Positions 40,301-50,535 are shown, numbered from the stretch's first letter. The stretch: 64,000 bases of DNA from an uncultured delta proteobacterium (GCA_963769935.1 CAVYNY010000009.1:32001-96000); one strand, 5' to 3'. Notes: generated from the sequence alone by a model not told the origin. Program-made: numbers and translations.

Positions 40301-41287
40301 TTAACGTGCGTCATTAACCATCTTGAGAAATTTGGCGACATTTTCCTTCCCGGCGTAATCGGCGATGCGGTCGTAAGCAGGCTGCATGGCGTCGCGGAAT
40401 TTTGCAATGTCCGGCTCGGTTACCTGCATGCCTTTGTCCTTGAGTTTCTGAATCAATTCGCCTTCTTCCTCCACCATGCGGTCACGGAACCACTGGCCGG
40501 CCTTTTTGCTCTCCTCTTTAATAATTAACTGCTGTTCGGGGGTTAGCTTGTCCCAGGTTGTTTTATTCATTACATGAACCATGGAATTGTAGACATGGCG
40601 GGTGAGGGCCAGGTTTTTTTGAACTTCATAGAGTTTAAAGTGGTAGATGACGGCCAGGGGATTCTCCTGTCCATCGACCACGCCCTGTTTCAGGGCATTG
40701 TAAAGTTCGGGGAAGGCAATTTTGGTGACCACGGCCCCGCAGGCTTCCATGGCGGCCTGAAGCTGCAATTCAGGCGGAGTGCGCATTTTAAGGCCTTTCA
40801 TGTCGGCGGGTGTCATCACGGGCCTGACATTGTTGGTGACATTGCGAAAGCCCCATTCCCAGTTGGAGAGAAGCACGAGATTCTGCGCTGCGAGCTTGGG
40901 CGCCACCCAATCCATGAACGGGCCATCCAGCACCCGCCAGCAATGTTCATAACTGTCATAGACAAACGGCAGCATGACGACGGAAAACTCGCGGACATAC
41001 TTATCCAGGGCCCCCTGGGTGGGCAGATTCATATCGATGGCGCCGAGTTTGGTCTGTTCCAGCTCTTCCGGGGGAGATCCCAGAGCATTGGCCGGGTAGA
41101 TCTTGACGGTGATTGCGCCCTGAGTGCGTTTTTCTACGGCTTCGGCAAACATCAGCGTTGCCTTATGGCCCGGATGGGTTTCGGCCGCGTAATGTCCGAA
41201 TTTTAACTCCAGCGCCATGGCCGGGGTACTCACCAATCCTGCAATCAAAAATACACCAAGTAAGACGATGAAATTTCTTGTCTTCAT
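40301..41287 (-). CDS. TRAP substrate-binding protein (DctP)
   Basis: Signal peptide, GFR, GLKMR, ELYNALKQGVVDGQENP. Confidence 0.92.
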   Translation of the reverse strand: MKTRNFIVLLGVFLIAGLVSTPAMALELKFGHYAAETHPGHKATLMFAEAVEKRTQGAITVKIYPANALGSPPEELEQTKLGAIDMNLPTQGALDKYVREFSVVMLPFVYDSYEHCWRVLDGPFMDWVAPKLAAQNLVLLSNWEWGFRNVTNNVRPVMTPADMKGLKMRTPPELQLQAAMEACGAVVTKIAFPELYNALKQGVVDGQENPLAVIYHFKLYEVQKNLALTRHVYNSMVHVMNKTTWDKLTPEQQLIIKEESKKAGQWFRDRMVEEEGELIQKLKDKGMQVTEPDIAKFRDAMQPAYDRIADYAGKENVAKFLKMVNDAR

Positions 41288-41521
41288 TTTGCTCCTCCTT
41301 TCCTGAGTAGAATTGGTTTTGTGAAAATAAATCGGCGACCGCCTGCAGAGCTGGGGCTATGGGGAAGGCACCTGGAACGGGCCGGGGTCACGCTCTGCTT
41401 ACGATCGCTGACTTAAGTAAAGAATTTTGGCTGCATGACACTTATTCCCCCGGTCGGAGCCTGCCCTGGTAATTTTTCGAAACATATTTTGATTCATTCA
41501 CCAGTGGTCACCGGACCAGAA

Positions 41522-41557
41522 AGTTCCAAATACGGAACTCATTTTCATATTGTGAAA
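41522..41557. promoter_or_regulatory. two palindromes, candidate IclR operator
   Basis: AGTTCC-N6-GGAACT and TTTCATATTGTGAAA, just downstream of a minus-strand TTGACA (41584-41589). Confidence 0.5.
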
Positions 41558-41830
41558 TATAACCTATTTTTTCCAATCTGGTTTGTCAAGAAAAAAGTGG
41601 AGAATTCCGGTTCGGCGGGCAGGCGCAGGCTTCACCCCGGCTCCCAGCTCGCAGAGCCTACAGCTCGGAGAGAGGGGCGGTTTTGGACATCCGATAATTT
41701 ATGGAAAGATGCAATGATGGATCCTGGGGAATCTCAAGCGGAGGATGGTCTGATTTTAATCGCCTTCGCCCGAATACCCTGTCCCGCTTGCAGCGGGACG
41801 GCAAGAATGAAGGGCCGGGTAAACCGGGGG

Positions 41831-43351
41831 CTATGTGTCATAATCATCACGACGCAGATTGTACTTTTTTATTTTATAATGCAGCAGCTGGCGGGAGATG
41901 TTCAGCTTGCGCGCGGCCCGTGAAACTTTGCCGGCCGATTCCACCAGCGCATTTTGGATCAGTTCTTTTTCACGGGCTTGCTGGAGCCGGATTAAACTCT
42001 GCGGGGAAACCTGCGGCAGGGGATCGTCAGCCGGCGGCACACTGTCTTGCAGGCTTATGACTTCCGGCGGTTGGGCCGGATCCGGCAGGCTGGTTCCGGT
42101 CGAGCCGGTGACCTCTTCTGTCAGCCGATTGAAATCGGGGGGCAAAAAATGGCGGGGAAGATGATGCATCCGGATAATATCGTCGGATTGGATCACATTC
42201 AAGGTGCCTTCGATCATATGCTCCAGCTCGCGAACATTTCCCGGCCATTGATAGCGTCTGAATAAATCGATGACGTCTTCGGCAACGCCGAGGACACTCT
42301 TGCCCAGGACGAGGTTGTATTTGTAGATGAAATGGCGGGTGAGGTTTTCCACGCCGTTTTTCAACTGCCTGAGCGGCGGGATGGCGATAAACACAACCGC
42401 CAGCCGATAAAACAGGTCCATTCGAATTTGTCCGTCCTGAAGGGCTTGCTGAGGGTTGTTGCTGACAGAGCTGATGATTTTAACATCAATTCCAATGTCC
42501 GTGGACCCACCGATGCGTCTTATTTTGCGTTCCTGCAGGAAACGCAGCAGCTTGGTCTGTAGATTGAGGGGCATGGAATCGACCTCATCGAAAAATAGCG
42601 TGCCGCCGTGAGCCTGCTCGAATATACCGGGTTTATTCACGGCCCCGGTGAACGCCCCTTTGGTGGTGCCGAAAAGCAGACCTTCCAGAAGATTTTCAGG
42701 AATGGCTGCACAGTTGATCCCGATAAACCGTTCGGGACGGCGTGGACCATGATTGTGGATGGATTGAGCAAACATCTCCTTGCCGGTGCCGGTTTCACCG
42801 AAAAGCATAACCGGTGAGGGCGAATCCGCCGCCAGCCGGGCCATTTTGACGGATTGCAGGAATTTTTCATCATCACCGATGATATCGCTGAAAGTGAACC
42901 GGGTGCCGTTGCCGTATCCGTGACCTTCATAGGGGCTGCAGGCGGATGTAGCGGAGATTTTCCTATCCAGCAGGTTATAATCCTTAATGAAGCAAATTGC
43001 CCCGGTTACCCGGCCGTGCTGCATCAGCGGAAAGACGCTGGTAACCGTGTTGACGAGCTTACCGCGGCAGGTACGGTAAAAGAACAACTCACCCACGATC
43101 GGCTGTCCGCTTTTAATGCAGCGCAAAATCATACTGCTGTTATGGTCAAGGTTGTAGACTTCCGGCACGGACTTGCCGATAACCCACTCAGGCTCAAGCC
43201 CGTCGATCTGAGACTGGGTGTGGTTGTAAAAAACGATGCGGCCGGAGTTGTCCGCAATGACTACCCCCTCATCAAACGCGGATAAAACAGACATAATGTC
43301 GACCTCATCCAGAAGCAGCGATTGATCCAATTCGATGTCCATATCAAGCAA
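41831..43351 (-). CDS. PAS-domain sigma54 enhancer-binding protein (RocR-like)
   Basis: PAS, GETGTGKE, GAFTGA, WPGNVREL, Fis-type HTH. Confidence 0.93.
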   Translation of the reverse strand: MLDMDIELDQSLLLDEVDIMSVLSAFDEGVVIADNSGRIVFYNHTQSQIDGLEPEWVIGKSVPEVYNLDHNSSMILRCIKSGQPIVGELFFYRTCRGKLVNTVTSVFPLMQHGRVTGAICFIKDYNLLDRKISATSACSPYEGHGYGNGTRFTFSDIIGDDEKFLQSVKMARLAADSPSPVMLFGETGTGKEMFAQSIHNHGPRRPERFIGINCAAIPENLLEGLLFGTTKGAFTGAVNKPGIFEQAHGGTLFFDEVDSMPLNLQTKLLRFLQERKIRRIGGSTDIGIDVKIISSVSNNPQQALQDGQIRMDLFYRLAVVFIAIPPLRQLKNGVENLTRHFIYKYNLVLGKSVLGVAEDVIDLFRRYQWPGNVRELEHMIEGTLNVIQSDDIIRMHHLPRHFLPPDFNRLTEEVTGSTGTSLPDPAQPPEVISLQDSVPPADDPLPQVSPQSLIRLQQAREKELIQNALVESAGKVSRAARKLNISRQLLHYKIKKYNLRRDDYDT

Positions 43352-43379
43352 TCCCCCGACTGTGGTTGATTCGGTTTAT

Positions 43380-43415
43380 TAAAGAATCCTGGCCCTCAGG
43401 ACCAAGTTTACAATG
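43380..43415. repeat. dispersed 36-bp repeat R1, copy 3
   Basis: TAAAGAATCCTGGCCCTCAGGACCAAGTTTACAATG. Confidence 0.8.
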
Positions 43416-43451
43416 TTGCAACATACCACCTTAGGTTAACCGGTTCGGTTT

Positions 43452-43518
43452 GTCAAAATTATTTGCCCTTTGCAAAATAATTTTTACACACCCACCCGGA
43501 TAGTAAAATTATTTTTGC
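43452..43518. promoter_or_regulatory. three candidate enhancer (UAS) sites
   Basis: GTCAAAATTATTTGCC, TGCAAAATAATTTTTAC, GTAAAATTATTTTTGC, 150-220 bp upstream of a sigma54 promoter. Confidence 0.6.
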
Positions 43519-43669
43519 CTTTTACTGGAATTTTCTTTAAGTGATCGCCTTATATTCATCAATACATCATGGGGGACTATTTTTTTATTTGCATTATCTA
43601 TAATAATTTCGAAAACCTCTTGACTTTGCCGCTTACAGAATTCAAATGTTTATATCGTGATTACTTGAA

Positions 43670-43685
43670 TGGCACATGATGTGCA
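43670..43685 (+). promoter_or_regulatory. sigma54 -24/-12 promoter
   Basis: TGGCACATGATGTGCA (GG-N10-GC). Confidence 0.8.
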
Positions 43686-43741
43686 GACGCGCAGACAAAC
43701 TATAAATCGAATATTTTCAGAGAAACAGGGAGGAATTGACC

Positions 43742-44368
43742 ATGGCAATCAAAGACATTTATGAAGGCGTGCTGGCTTTTCAGGTAGACAAGGTTAAAGA
43801 GTTGACCCAAGCGGAGCTTGAGGCCGGCACGGATGTGCAGCGGATTCTCAACGACGGACTGATCGGAGCGATGGATGAGGTGGGCCGGAAATTCAGCGAA
43901 GGCATTCTTTTTGTGCCGGAGATGCTTATGTCCGCCCAGGCGATGAAAGCCGGACTCGAAATTCTGAAACCCCATTTGACGGAAGAAGTCAGTCACGCCC
44001 GGGGAACGGTAGTGATCGGAACCGTCAAGGGCGACCTGCATGATATCGGCAAAAACCTGGTGGCGATGATGCTGGAAGGCGCCGGGCTCACGGTGGTGGA
44101 CCTAGGTGTCGATGTTGACGCGGAAAAATTTGTTGCGGCGGCCAGGGACAACAAGGCCGATGTTATCGCAATGTCCGCTTTGCTGACCACCACCATGCCC
44201 GGCATGGAAACCACCATCAAAGCGGTCAGAGAAGCCGGTCTGACGATCAAATGCATAATCGGGGGCGCCCCGGTAACAGAGGCTTTTGCCAACCAGATCG
44301 GCGCGGACGGTCACGGCGATGACGCGCCGGGCGCCGTAGGACTTGTTCGCCGTCTGGTTGGGGCGTAG
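43742..44368 (+). CDS. methyltransferase corrinoid protein
   Basis: FVPEML.SA, B12-binding GDLHDIGKNLV, SALLTTT, GGAP. Confidence 0.93.
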   Translation: MAIKDIYEGVLAFQVDKVKELTQAELEAGTDVQRILNDGLIGAMDEVGRKFSEGILFVPEMLMSAQAMKAGLEILKPHLTEEVSHARGTVVIGTVKGDLHDIGKNLVAMMLEGAGLTVVDLGVDVDAEKFVAAARDNKADVIAMSALLTTTMPGMETTIKAVREAGLTIKCIIGGAPVTEAFANQIGADGHGDDAPGAVGLVRRLVGA

Positions 44369-44420
44369 TCGTCAACCGTATTCGCCGGGTGCACGGTTAT
44401 TTCTATTGAAAAGAAAGAGA

Positions 44421-44577
44421 GGAATGGATTCTTATTTTAAAGAAAATAATTGGACAGGATCAACAGAATCGTTAGGATAATACGGACTTCGGCCGAAAGG
44501 CCCCTCGCCGCAGGCGAAAAAATTCCTGATAATCCTGTTAATCCCGTCTAAAAAAAAATAAAAACCGAATCCATTCC
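44421..44577. repeat. MITE-like inverted element with 9-mer arms
   Basis: GGAATGGATTC...GAATCCATTCC outer IR, GACAGGATCAACAGAAT / ATCCTGTTAATCCCGTC inner arms, followed by CTGACAC/CTGAAAC heptamers (44621-44650). Confidence 0.7.
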
Positions 44578-44727
44578 ACATACCTTGGCTGAAGTTTCAC
44601 ACGTATAGGCAACCAGTAATCTGACACCTGACACCCGAAACCTGAAACCTCGAATAGCACTTTTTATTAGCTCAATGTCCGACAAACAAATTTCAGGAAC
44701 TGAAAGAGCATCGCAAGGAGCATCACT

Positions 44728-45525
44728 ATGATCATCATCGGAGAATTGATCAACGCCAGCCGCAAGGCAATCGGGGCCGCCATCGAGGCCGGGGACGCTG
44801 CCGCAATTCAGCGGGTAGCTCAAGACCAGCACGCCGCGGGTGCCGATTTTATCGATGTCAATGCCGGGATATTCGTGGGCAAGGAGCCGGATTACCTGAC
44901 CTGGCTGGTCAAAACAGTTCAGGAAGCGGTCGAAAGTCCCTGCGCTATCGACAGCCCCAATCCCAAAGCCATCGAGGCGGCCCTGGCCGCTCACCGCGGT
45001 GCGCCCATGATCAACTCAATTTCCCTGGAGAAAGAACGTTATGAAAATCTGATGCCGATCATCGCCGGGACGGACATGAAAGTGATCGCGCTGTGCATGA
45101 GCGACAAAGGTATGCCTGAAACCGTTGACGACCGGATAAAAATCGCCGACAAACTGGTTAACGGCTTGCTGCAAAACAACGTAAAGATTGAAAACATATT
45201 CGTAGATCCGCTGGTGCAGCCCATGTCGGTGAACAATCACTTCGGGATGGAATTTCTCAACGCGGTGGAACAAATCATGCAAAAATTTGAAGGGATCCAC
45301 ACCGCCTGCGGTCTGTCCAACATTTCTTATGGTTTGCCGGTCCGCCCATTTTTAAACCAGACGTTTATGGTAATGGCCATCAGCAAGGGTTTGGACGGCG
45401 CAATCGTCAATCCGCTGGATAAAAAGATGATGGCCAATATCATCGCCGCCGAAGCCCTGGCCGGAAAAGATAACTATTGCATGAAATATCTGAAGGCCTA
45501 TCGCGCCGGCAAGTTTGAAAATTAA
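44728..45525 (+). CDS. methyltetrahydrofolate:corrinoid methyltransferase (AcsE/MetH pterin-binding type)
   Basis: IIGELIN, DVNAG, IDS, INSIS, DPLV, GLSNISYGLP. Confidence 0.9.
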   Translation: MIIIGELINASRKAIGAAIEAGDAAAIQRVAQDQHAAGADFIDVNAGIFVGKEPDYLTWLVKTVQEAVESPCAIDSPNPKAIEAALAAHRGAPMINSISLEKERYENLMPIIAGTDMKVIALCMSDKGMPETVDDRIKIADKLVNGLLQNNVKIENIFVDPLVQPMSVNNHFGMEFLNAVEQIMQKFEGIHTACGLSNISYGLPVRPFLNQTFMVMAISKGLDGAIVNPLDKKMMANIIAAEALAGKDNYCMKYLKAYRAGKFEN

Positions 45526-45637
45526 AAACTCCCCATGCTTAAAATTGCATTGGAATAATGGAAATGGCGGCGGGCAACTGTTCGTTCTTTCACGGCAATT
45601 ACTACTGTACCCGGGTCAACCTGAGAAGTATCGAAAT

Positions 45638-47041
45638 CTACAGGCAGCTTGAGTTGAAAATAACTTCGATTATCGTGAAATCATCTTCAAATGAGTCGTA
45701 TTGGTTTATTTTTTTGGCATATTGATAGATACGTTCTATATCCGACTGTTTTTCAGTGCTCGGCTTCTTTACAAATTCTGAAAACTCTTTAAACCGCCAC
45801 ATGCTTCCATCCGTCTTCGCAATTTCATAAACGCCGTCCGAAAAAATATACATGCAGCTCGGGTTGTTGATTTTTTGCATCCCTTTTTTATATGCGATAT
45901 CCGGCATTCCGCCGATCACATTGTTTTTGGTTCTGAGCAGGAACATCTCGGATTTTTCGGATGGCATTCCGCCGAACAGAAGTGCCGGCGGATGCCCCCC
46001 GGTGGCAAAGGTCAGGCTCTGAGATGATTTATTGTAAACACCGTACCAGATGGTAAAAAACATATCATTGTTTTGCTCACTCGGAAACGCCTCATTCAAG
46101 GCTTCCAACACCTTCTTCGGATCACAAAAATCGGTATCCAACAGCGTTTCGGAGCGCAGGGCATTCATGACCGAAACCGATAAAAGCGCCGCTCCGACGC
46201 CGTGCCCGCTGACGTCAAGCAAATAAACAGCGAAGTTTTCATCATCCAGCCAATGGTATCCGAAAGCATCGCCGCCCAGAGAAGTTGAGGGGATAAATTT
46301 CCAGTCGATGCACACCGGGCCTTCTTTTATAGGTTGAGGGAGCATGGTCCTGACATAGTCTACCGCTTCCGCCAATTCTTTATTGAGCCTTATTAACACT
46401 TTGTTGCGTTCCTCCAGCGCGGCATTTGCTTTCCGGTGTGCCCGTTCGTGTTTTTCCTCGGCCTGCCTGGCGGATAGGGAATAATAGTAAGCTACATAGG
46501 ATAAAACAAAGCAGAAAGTGAAAATATTGGCGATGTGGAGCACTGAAAATAAAGCAGCATCCAAGGTTCTCAGCGGGATTAAGGACTGAGAGGTGTGGCT
46601 CAGCATCGCGTATATGACGGTTGTGACGCCGGCAGATACCGCTTTAATTCGGACGGTAAGCGGCGCCAGAAAGACGACGATCGGAAATATCAAAAGGAAA
46701 TAATGAAAGTTTGAAGCCCATCCAATGATGACCGTACACAGCACCGAATGAATTAAGACCTCTGTGTAGGCAAGGACCAGCGCCGTCTTCCAGTAGCCTT
46801 TCAGATTTATGTGAATCATCAGGCCCCAGAAACATGCGCTGGCAATATTATATATCGCCAGAGATTTTATGCCGATCCCAAAGAATAAAAAGATCAGGAG
46901 AAAATGAATAATTCCGCTGGAGAGATAGCCGTAGTTGGCGGTCACCAGATAGCGATAGTAACTGGATTCAGAGTATCGGTCCGGTAAATTCTCAGGCAGT
47001 GTGGTGAATTTATTGTGGAGTGTTTTAAAAATAGAAGCCAT
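45638..47041 (-). CDS. membrane-bound SpoIIE/PP2C phosphatase
   Basis: N-terminal TM helices, LGGD, DVSGHG, GGHPP, SDGVYE, DDFT. Confidence 0.88.
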   Translation of the reverse strand: MASIFKTLHNKFTTLPENLPDRYSESSYYRYLVTANYGYLSSGIIHFLLIFLFFGIGIKSLAIYNIASACFWGLMIHINLKGYWKTALVLAYTEVLIHSVLCTVIIGWASNFHYFLLIFPIVVFLAPLTVRIKAVSAGVTTVIYAMLSHTSQSLIPLRTLDAALFSVLHIANIFTFCFVLSYVAYYYSLSARQAEEKHERAHRKANAALEERNKVLIRLNKELAEAVDYVRTMLPQPIKEGPVCIDWKFIPSTSLGGDAFGYHWLDDENFAVYLLDVSGHGVGAALLSVSVMNALRSETLLDTDFCDPKKVLEALNEAFPSEQNNDMFFTIWYGVYNKSSQSLTFATGGHPPALLFGGMPSEKSEMFLLRTKNNVIGGMPDIAYKKGMQKINNPSCMYIFSDGVYEIAKTDGSMWRFKEFSEFVKKPSTEKQSDIERIYQYAKKINQYDSFEDDFTIIEVIFNSSCL

Positions 47042-47148
47042 CTTGCTCCCTCGGGGTTTTAAGTTTCCTATATTTCGAGCCTTCGATATCCACTGTTTTA
47101 ATTCTCACTGAATCGGAAAGAGAGTGGTACGCCAACTGCTCAACCAAT

Positions 47149-47985
47149 TCAGGTCAACTGCCATTGAACTTCATAGATTTTTTGCGGTTGGTCGAATCCT
47201 TTCAATCTCGTTTCGCCTTGGTCGGCGAAAACAAACTTTTTCCCAAGGCAAAGATCCCGGATTACGGAGGCCACTAAAATCTGATCGGGTTCAGCCTGGT
47301 CGCAAATGCGGGAAGTTAACTGGATGGTGGAACCAAACAGACGATGGTCTTCTTCAACCGGCTCACCGGCGCAAATTCCGATGCGCACATTAATCGGGGT
47401 ATCGGGATGAGATTCGTTGTGCACGGCGAAGGATTGCTGGATGCCGATGGCACACGCCACTGCATTGGAGGCGGAATTAAAGGATATCAAGAAGCCGTCG
47501 CCGGTGTGCTGAATTTCTCTTCCATGATGTTGGCTAAGTGCATCGCGCGTCAAGGAATTATGGGTGCGGAACAATTCCAGGGCCCGGGCGTCGCCGAGAC
47601 GGGTTGTGATCGCAGTGGAATCTTTCATGTCTGTGAACATTATTGTACGAAATGCGGAATCGATCAATGTCTCTTTGGCAGGCACAGGAGAGACTACCGT
47701 TGGCTGGGGATCTGCAATTCTGCCTAAAAATGTCTCGACTGCTTGCGTATCGACTTCGATGATCTTGTGCGGAATTGCGCCATGGGCTTCTGCATGCAGC
47801 TTGGTAACCCTTTCCTTGTCGGGGGAATCAACTAGACAAAAGCCGGCCCCCCGCTTTTGATCGAACCAGTAGGTCAGCACTTTAATATCATATTTTTCCT
47901 GAAGATCCAGATCCTTCAGGTGCGCTTCCGCCACTTCCTTGGCAGTCAAACCTTCCAGATTGTGGCGATCCATGTATATGGGCAT
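47149..47985 (-). CDS. DUF4242 (putative metal-binding) domain fused to class III nucleotide cyclase
   Basis: MP.YMDRH, AH..D, FCL, H..AHG, then FTDMKDST, TGDG, RIGI.AGE. Confidence 0.8.
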   Translation of the reverse strand: MPIYMDRHNLEGLTAKEVAEAHLKDLDLQEKYDIKVLTYWFDQKRGAGFCLVDSPDKERVTKLHAEAHGAIPHKIIEVDTQAVETFLGRIADPQPTVVSPVPAKETLIDSAFRTIMFTDMKDSTAITTRLGDARALELFRTHNSLTRDALSQHHGREIQHTGDGFLISFNSASNAVACAIGIQQSFAVHNESHPDTPINVRIGICAGEPVEEDHRLFGSTIQLTSRICDQAEPDQILVASVIRDLCLGKKFVFADQGETRLKGFDQPQKIYEVQWQLT

Positions 47986-48343
47986 TGCGTGTTCTCCTTT
48001 TAGTACGCTTCCGGGCGTTCGGCAAGAGGTCTGGGCAAACAGGGATACATGTTCCTGTAGAATTTGGATTCAAATGAATATTTGTAACAATGCCTAAAAT
48101 GTCAAGGAGGAATCGATTTGGTAAGTCCGTCAATTAAGAAGGGCAACGGCGGGAATTCTGTCGATATCGGTCGCACCCTACCCGGCAACTCGCATCCAAA
48201 TCAACTTACTCAACTCTATCAACTCAATCAACCGAATCAACGCAACCAGCTCAATCAACATAAAATCTGCTATTCACAAAATAGACTTAAAACTTACTGT
48301 AGCTTCCGGCGTATTTCATGCTATAAGTCCCGTTCACAAGTAA

Positions 48344-49285
48344 ATGAAAAGCAAGCTGCAACATATTAACACAACGGCCATTACCGGTTATGCGGCTGAA
48401 ATCACGGCTGCCGCTTTCTGGGGTGCTTCCGGGGTGTTTATAAAATTGATCGCCGATAACGGGGCGGTGTCGGCCACGGCACTTGCATTCTGGCGCGATA
48501 CCGCGACCTTCATTTGCCTGCTGACAGCGGGACTGATGGCATTTCCAGGCAAAATCCGGATTAAACGGTCGGATTGGTGCCTGATGGCCGGTATGGGCGC
48601 AAGCCTGGGAATATTTCATATTTTCTATAATGTCGGCATCATGCTCAACGGGGCGGCAGTCACAACCGTCCAGCAGGCGGTTATGCCGGCGATTGTGACG
48701 ATCGCGGCCCGCTATCTGTGGCAGGAGCCATTAACCGGGCGCAAGACACTGGCGCTGCTGATGGCATTTGCCGGAACCGTCCTGGCAGCCGGTCTGGCTG
48801 ATTTTAAGACCGGCGGTTTTTCACTTTACGGGCTGCTGATCGGATTCTGCGTCCCTTGCCTGTATGCCGCCTGGACCCTTTTCAGCAAAAAATCACGCAT
48901 GCAGTATGGGGCCCTGGTGGTCCTGATCTTTGCCTTCGGCATCGCCTCGTCCCTGCTTTTGCCCTTGCAGTTTTTCATAACCCAACCCTGGCCGATTCAA
49001 CCGCGGACCTGGCTCTGGTTTGCCGGTCTGATCGGCGTATCCTCGCTGGCTGCCTTTTATTTATTTGCGGTCGGAATCGGCCGATTACAGGCCAGCATTG
49101 CCAGCATCCTGCTGATGTCGGAAATTGCTTTTGCGGTTTTTTATGCCTATCTTTTTTTGGGAGAACGGCTGACAATGAGCCAGATCGCCGGGGCGATCCT
49201 CGTGGTCGGCGGAGTTCTGCAGCTGTTAAGACGACCCCAAATACCACCCCTAAAGCGGGATGACCTATCGAATCATAATTTATAG
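48344..49285 (+). CDS. DMT/EamA-family transporter
   Basis: About 10 TM helices in two repeats, FWG, LGERL. Confidence 0.85.
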   Translation: MKSKLQHINTTAITGYAAEITAAAFWGASGVFIKLIADNGAVSATALAFWRDTATFICLLTAGLMAFPGKIRIKRSDWCLMAGMGASLGIFHIFYNVGIMLNGAAVTTVQQAVMPAIVTIAARYLWQEPLTGRKTLALLMAFAGTVLAAGLADFKTGGFSLYGLLIGFCVPCLYAAWTLFSKKSRMQYGALVVLIFAFGIASSLLLPLQFFITQPWPIQPRTWLWFAGLIGVSSLAAFYLFAVGIGRLQASIASILLMSEIAFAVFYAYLFLGERLTMSQIAGAILVVGGVLQLLRRPQIPPLKRDDLSNHNL

Positions 49286-49434
49286 GGGTAGGTCTCCGGC
49301 AAAGGAAAGGAATTAACGCCCTCAGAGCTCTCTGTGTCTCGATCGACCTGTCCCGTCGTAGCTCGAAGAGCGAAGTCGGAAGCGGGTGGTGAAATCATTT
49401 TTGCTGTATAACGAGTTTGCAAAGGAGGATAATC

Positions 49435-49914
49435 ATGAGCACTAGAGCTGAAAATCTCGCCAAACGTTTCATGGACTTTAATAACAAATTAACCGCATTT
49501 GTTGAAAGCTGTCCGGAAGAAGATTGGACCCGGGTGTGTCCGGGTGAAAACTGGCCGGTCGGGGTGGTCGCCCGGCATGTTGCAGCCGGGCACTACCGCG
49601 CGCTCTCATTGGCCATAATGATTGTGGAGGGCAAGCAGCTGCCGGAGCTCAGCCACGAGGCAATCGACGAGGCCAATGCCCAGCATGCTGAAAAACATGC
49701 CGGTTGCACAAGAGATGAAGTGCTCGGGTTGCTGCGAAAAAACGGTACCGCCATATCCGATTATATCGCCGGGCTGGATGATGCCGATTTAGACCGATCC
49801 GGAAACTTCGCACTTGCCGGCGGCGCAATCAGCACCCGACAGGTTATCGATAACATCATCATTCAATCGGCATCCGAACACCTCGCCAGCCTGAAGGCGG
49901 CAACGGGCAAATGA
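49435..49914 (+). CDS. DinB-like four-helix protein
   Basis: W.VG.V..H and C-terminal EH motifs, AGGAGG RBS. Confidence 0.6.
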   Translation: MSTRAENLAKRFMDFNNKLTAFVESCPEEDWTRVCPGENWPVGVVARHVAAGHYRALSLAIMIVEGKQLPELSHEAIDEANAQHAEKHAGCTRDEVLGLLRKNGTAISDYIAGLDDADLDRSGNFALAGGAISTRQVIDNIIIQSASEHLASLKAATGK

Positions 49915-50459
49915 CAGGGCTCTATTTTATTGATCTAATTGTGATACGCCTTGAATATCTTCAAGTAATCTTGATCATCGCCATTGAAGATAGCAGTATA
50001 GCAAGCTCGGTGTTTTGTATGATATATTTCGAATACATTAACGTTCATGATTACCTTCTGGTGTGAAGCGCCAGCGAAACACCAGTCTGAGTACAACATG
50101 TTGTTATACAACAAACACAGAGGACAGAGATTAGGGGCTGGGATGCCTGGAAGCTTGGAGGCTATAAAGCGAGATTTTGAATTCGTATCTATACTCTGAT
50201 CTTCGTTGCAGCGACCTTTCACTATTATCCTTTCCCCCTTGGCTTCGGGTGAAGTTCAAGACGCAATCAACAGGGTTTTTTTCAAAGAACCAGAATTTAT
50301 CACCAAGCCGGCTACCCTCAAGGTTGCCCTCAGCTTATTGAGGTTCCTCCAAATGTTGAGGGCTAACCAATCGTTCCAACCTTACCTGCTGTTCTCTCCT
50401 GTTAATGTAATCCATTGTTATTAAATGTTAATTGCAGCTTTATGCTTTTTCCGTGTTTT

Positions 50460-50475
50460 TGGCAGGATAGTTGCT
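50460..50475 (+). promoter_or_regulatory. sigma54 -24/-12 promoter
   Basis: TGGCAGGATAGTTGCT, near-consensus. Confidence 0.65.
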
Positions 50476-50535
50476 ATTAACCATTTCCATGTTCACGATT
50501 ACCCAGTCAAACCAAGTTCCGGCAGGAGGAATACC

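Noticed and set aside
9543..43415. 36-bp repeat as a CRISPR repeat
   Set aside because: Copies are kilobases apart, with no spacer array and no cas genes
43742..45525. Pyrrolysine or selenocysteine read-through in the methyltransferase genes
   Set aside because: Both proteins are full length at their stops, with no internal in-frame TAG or TGA
48118..48369. N/Q-rich 83-aa ORF
   Set aside because: Translation of a 9-mer tandem repeat arm
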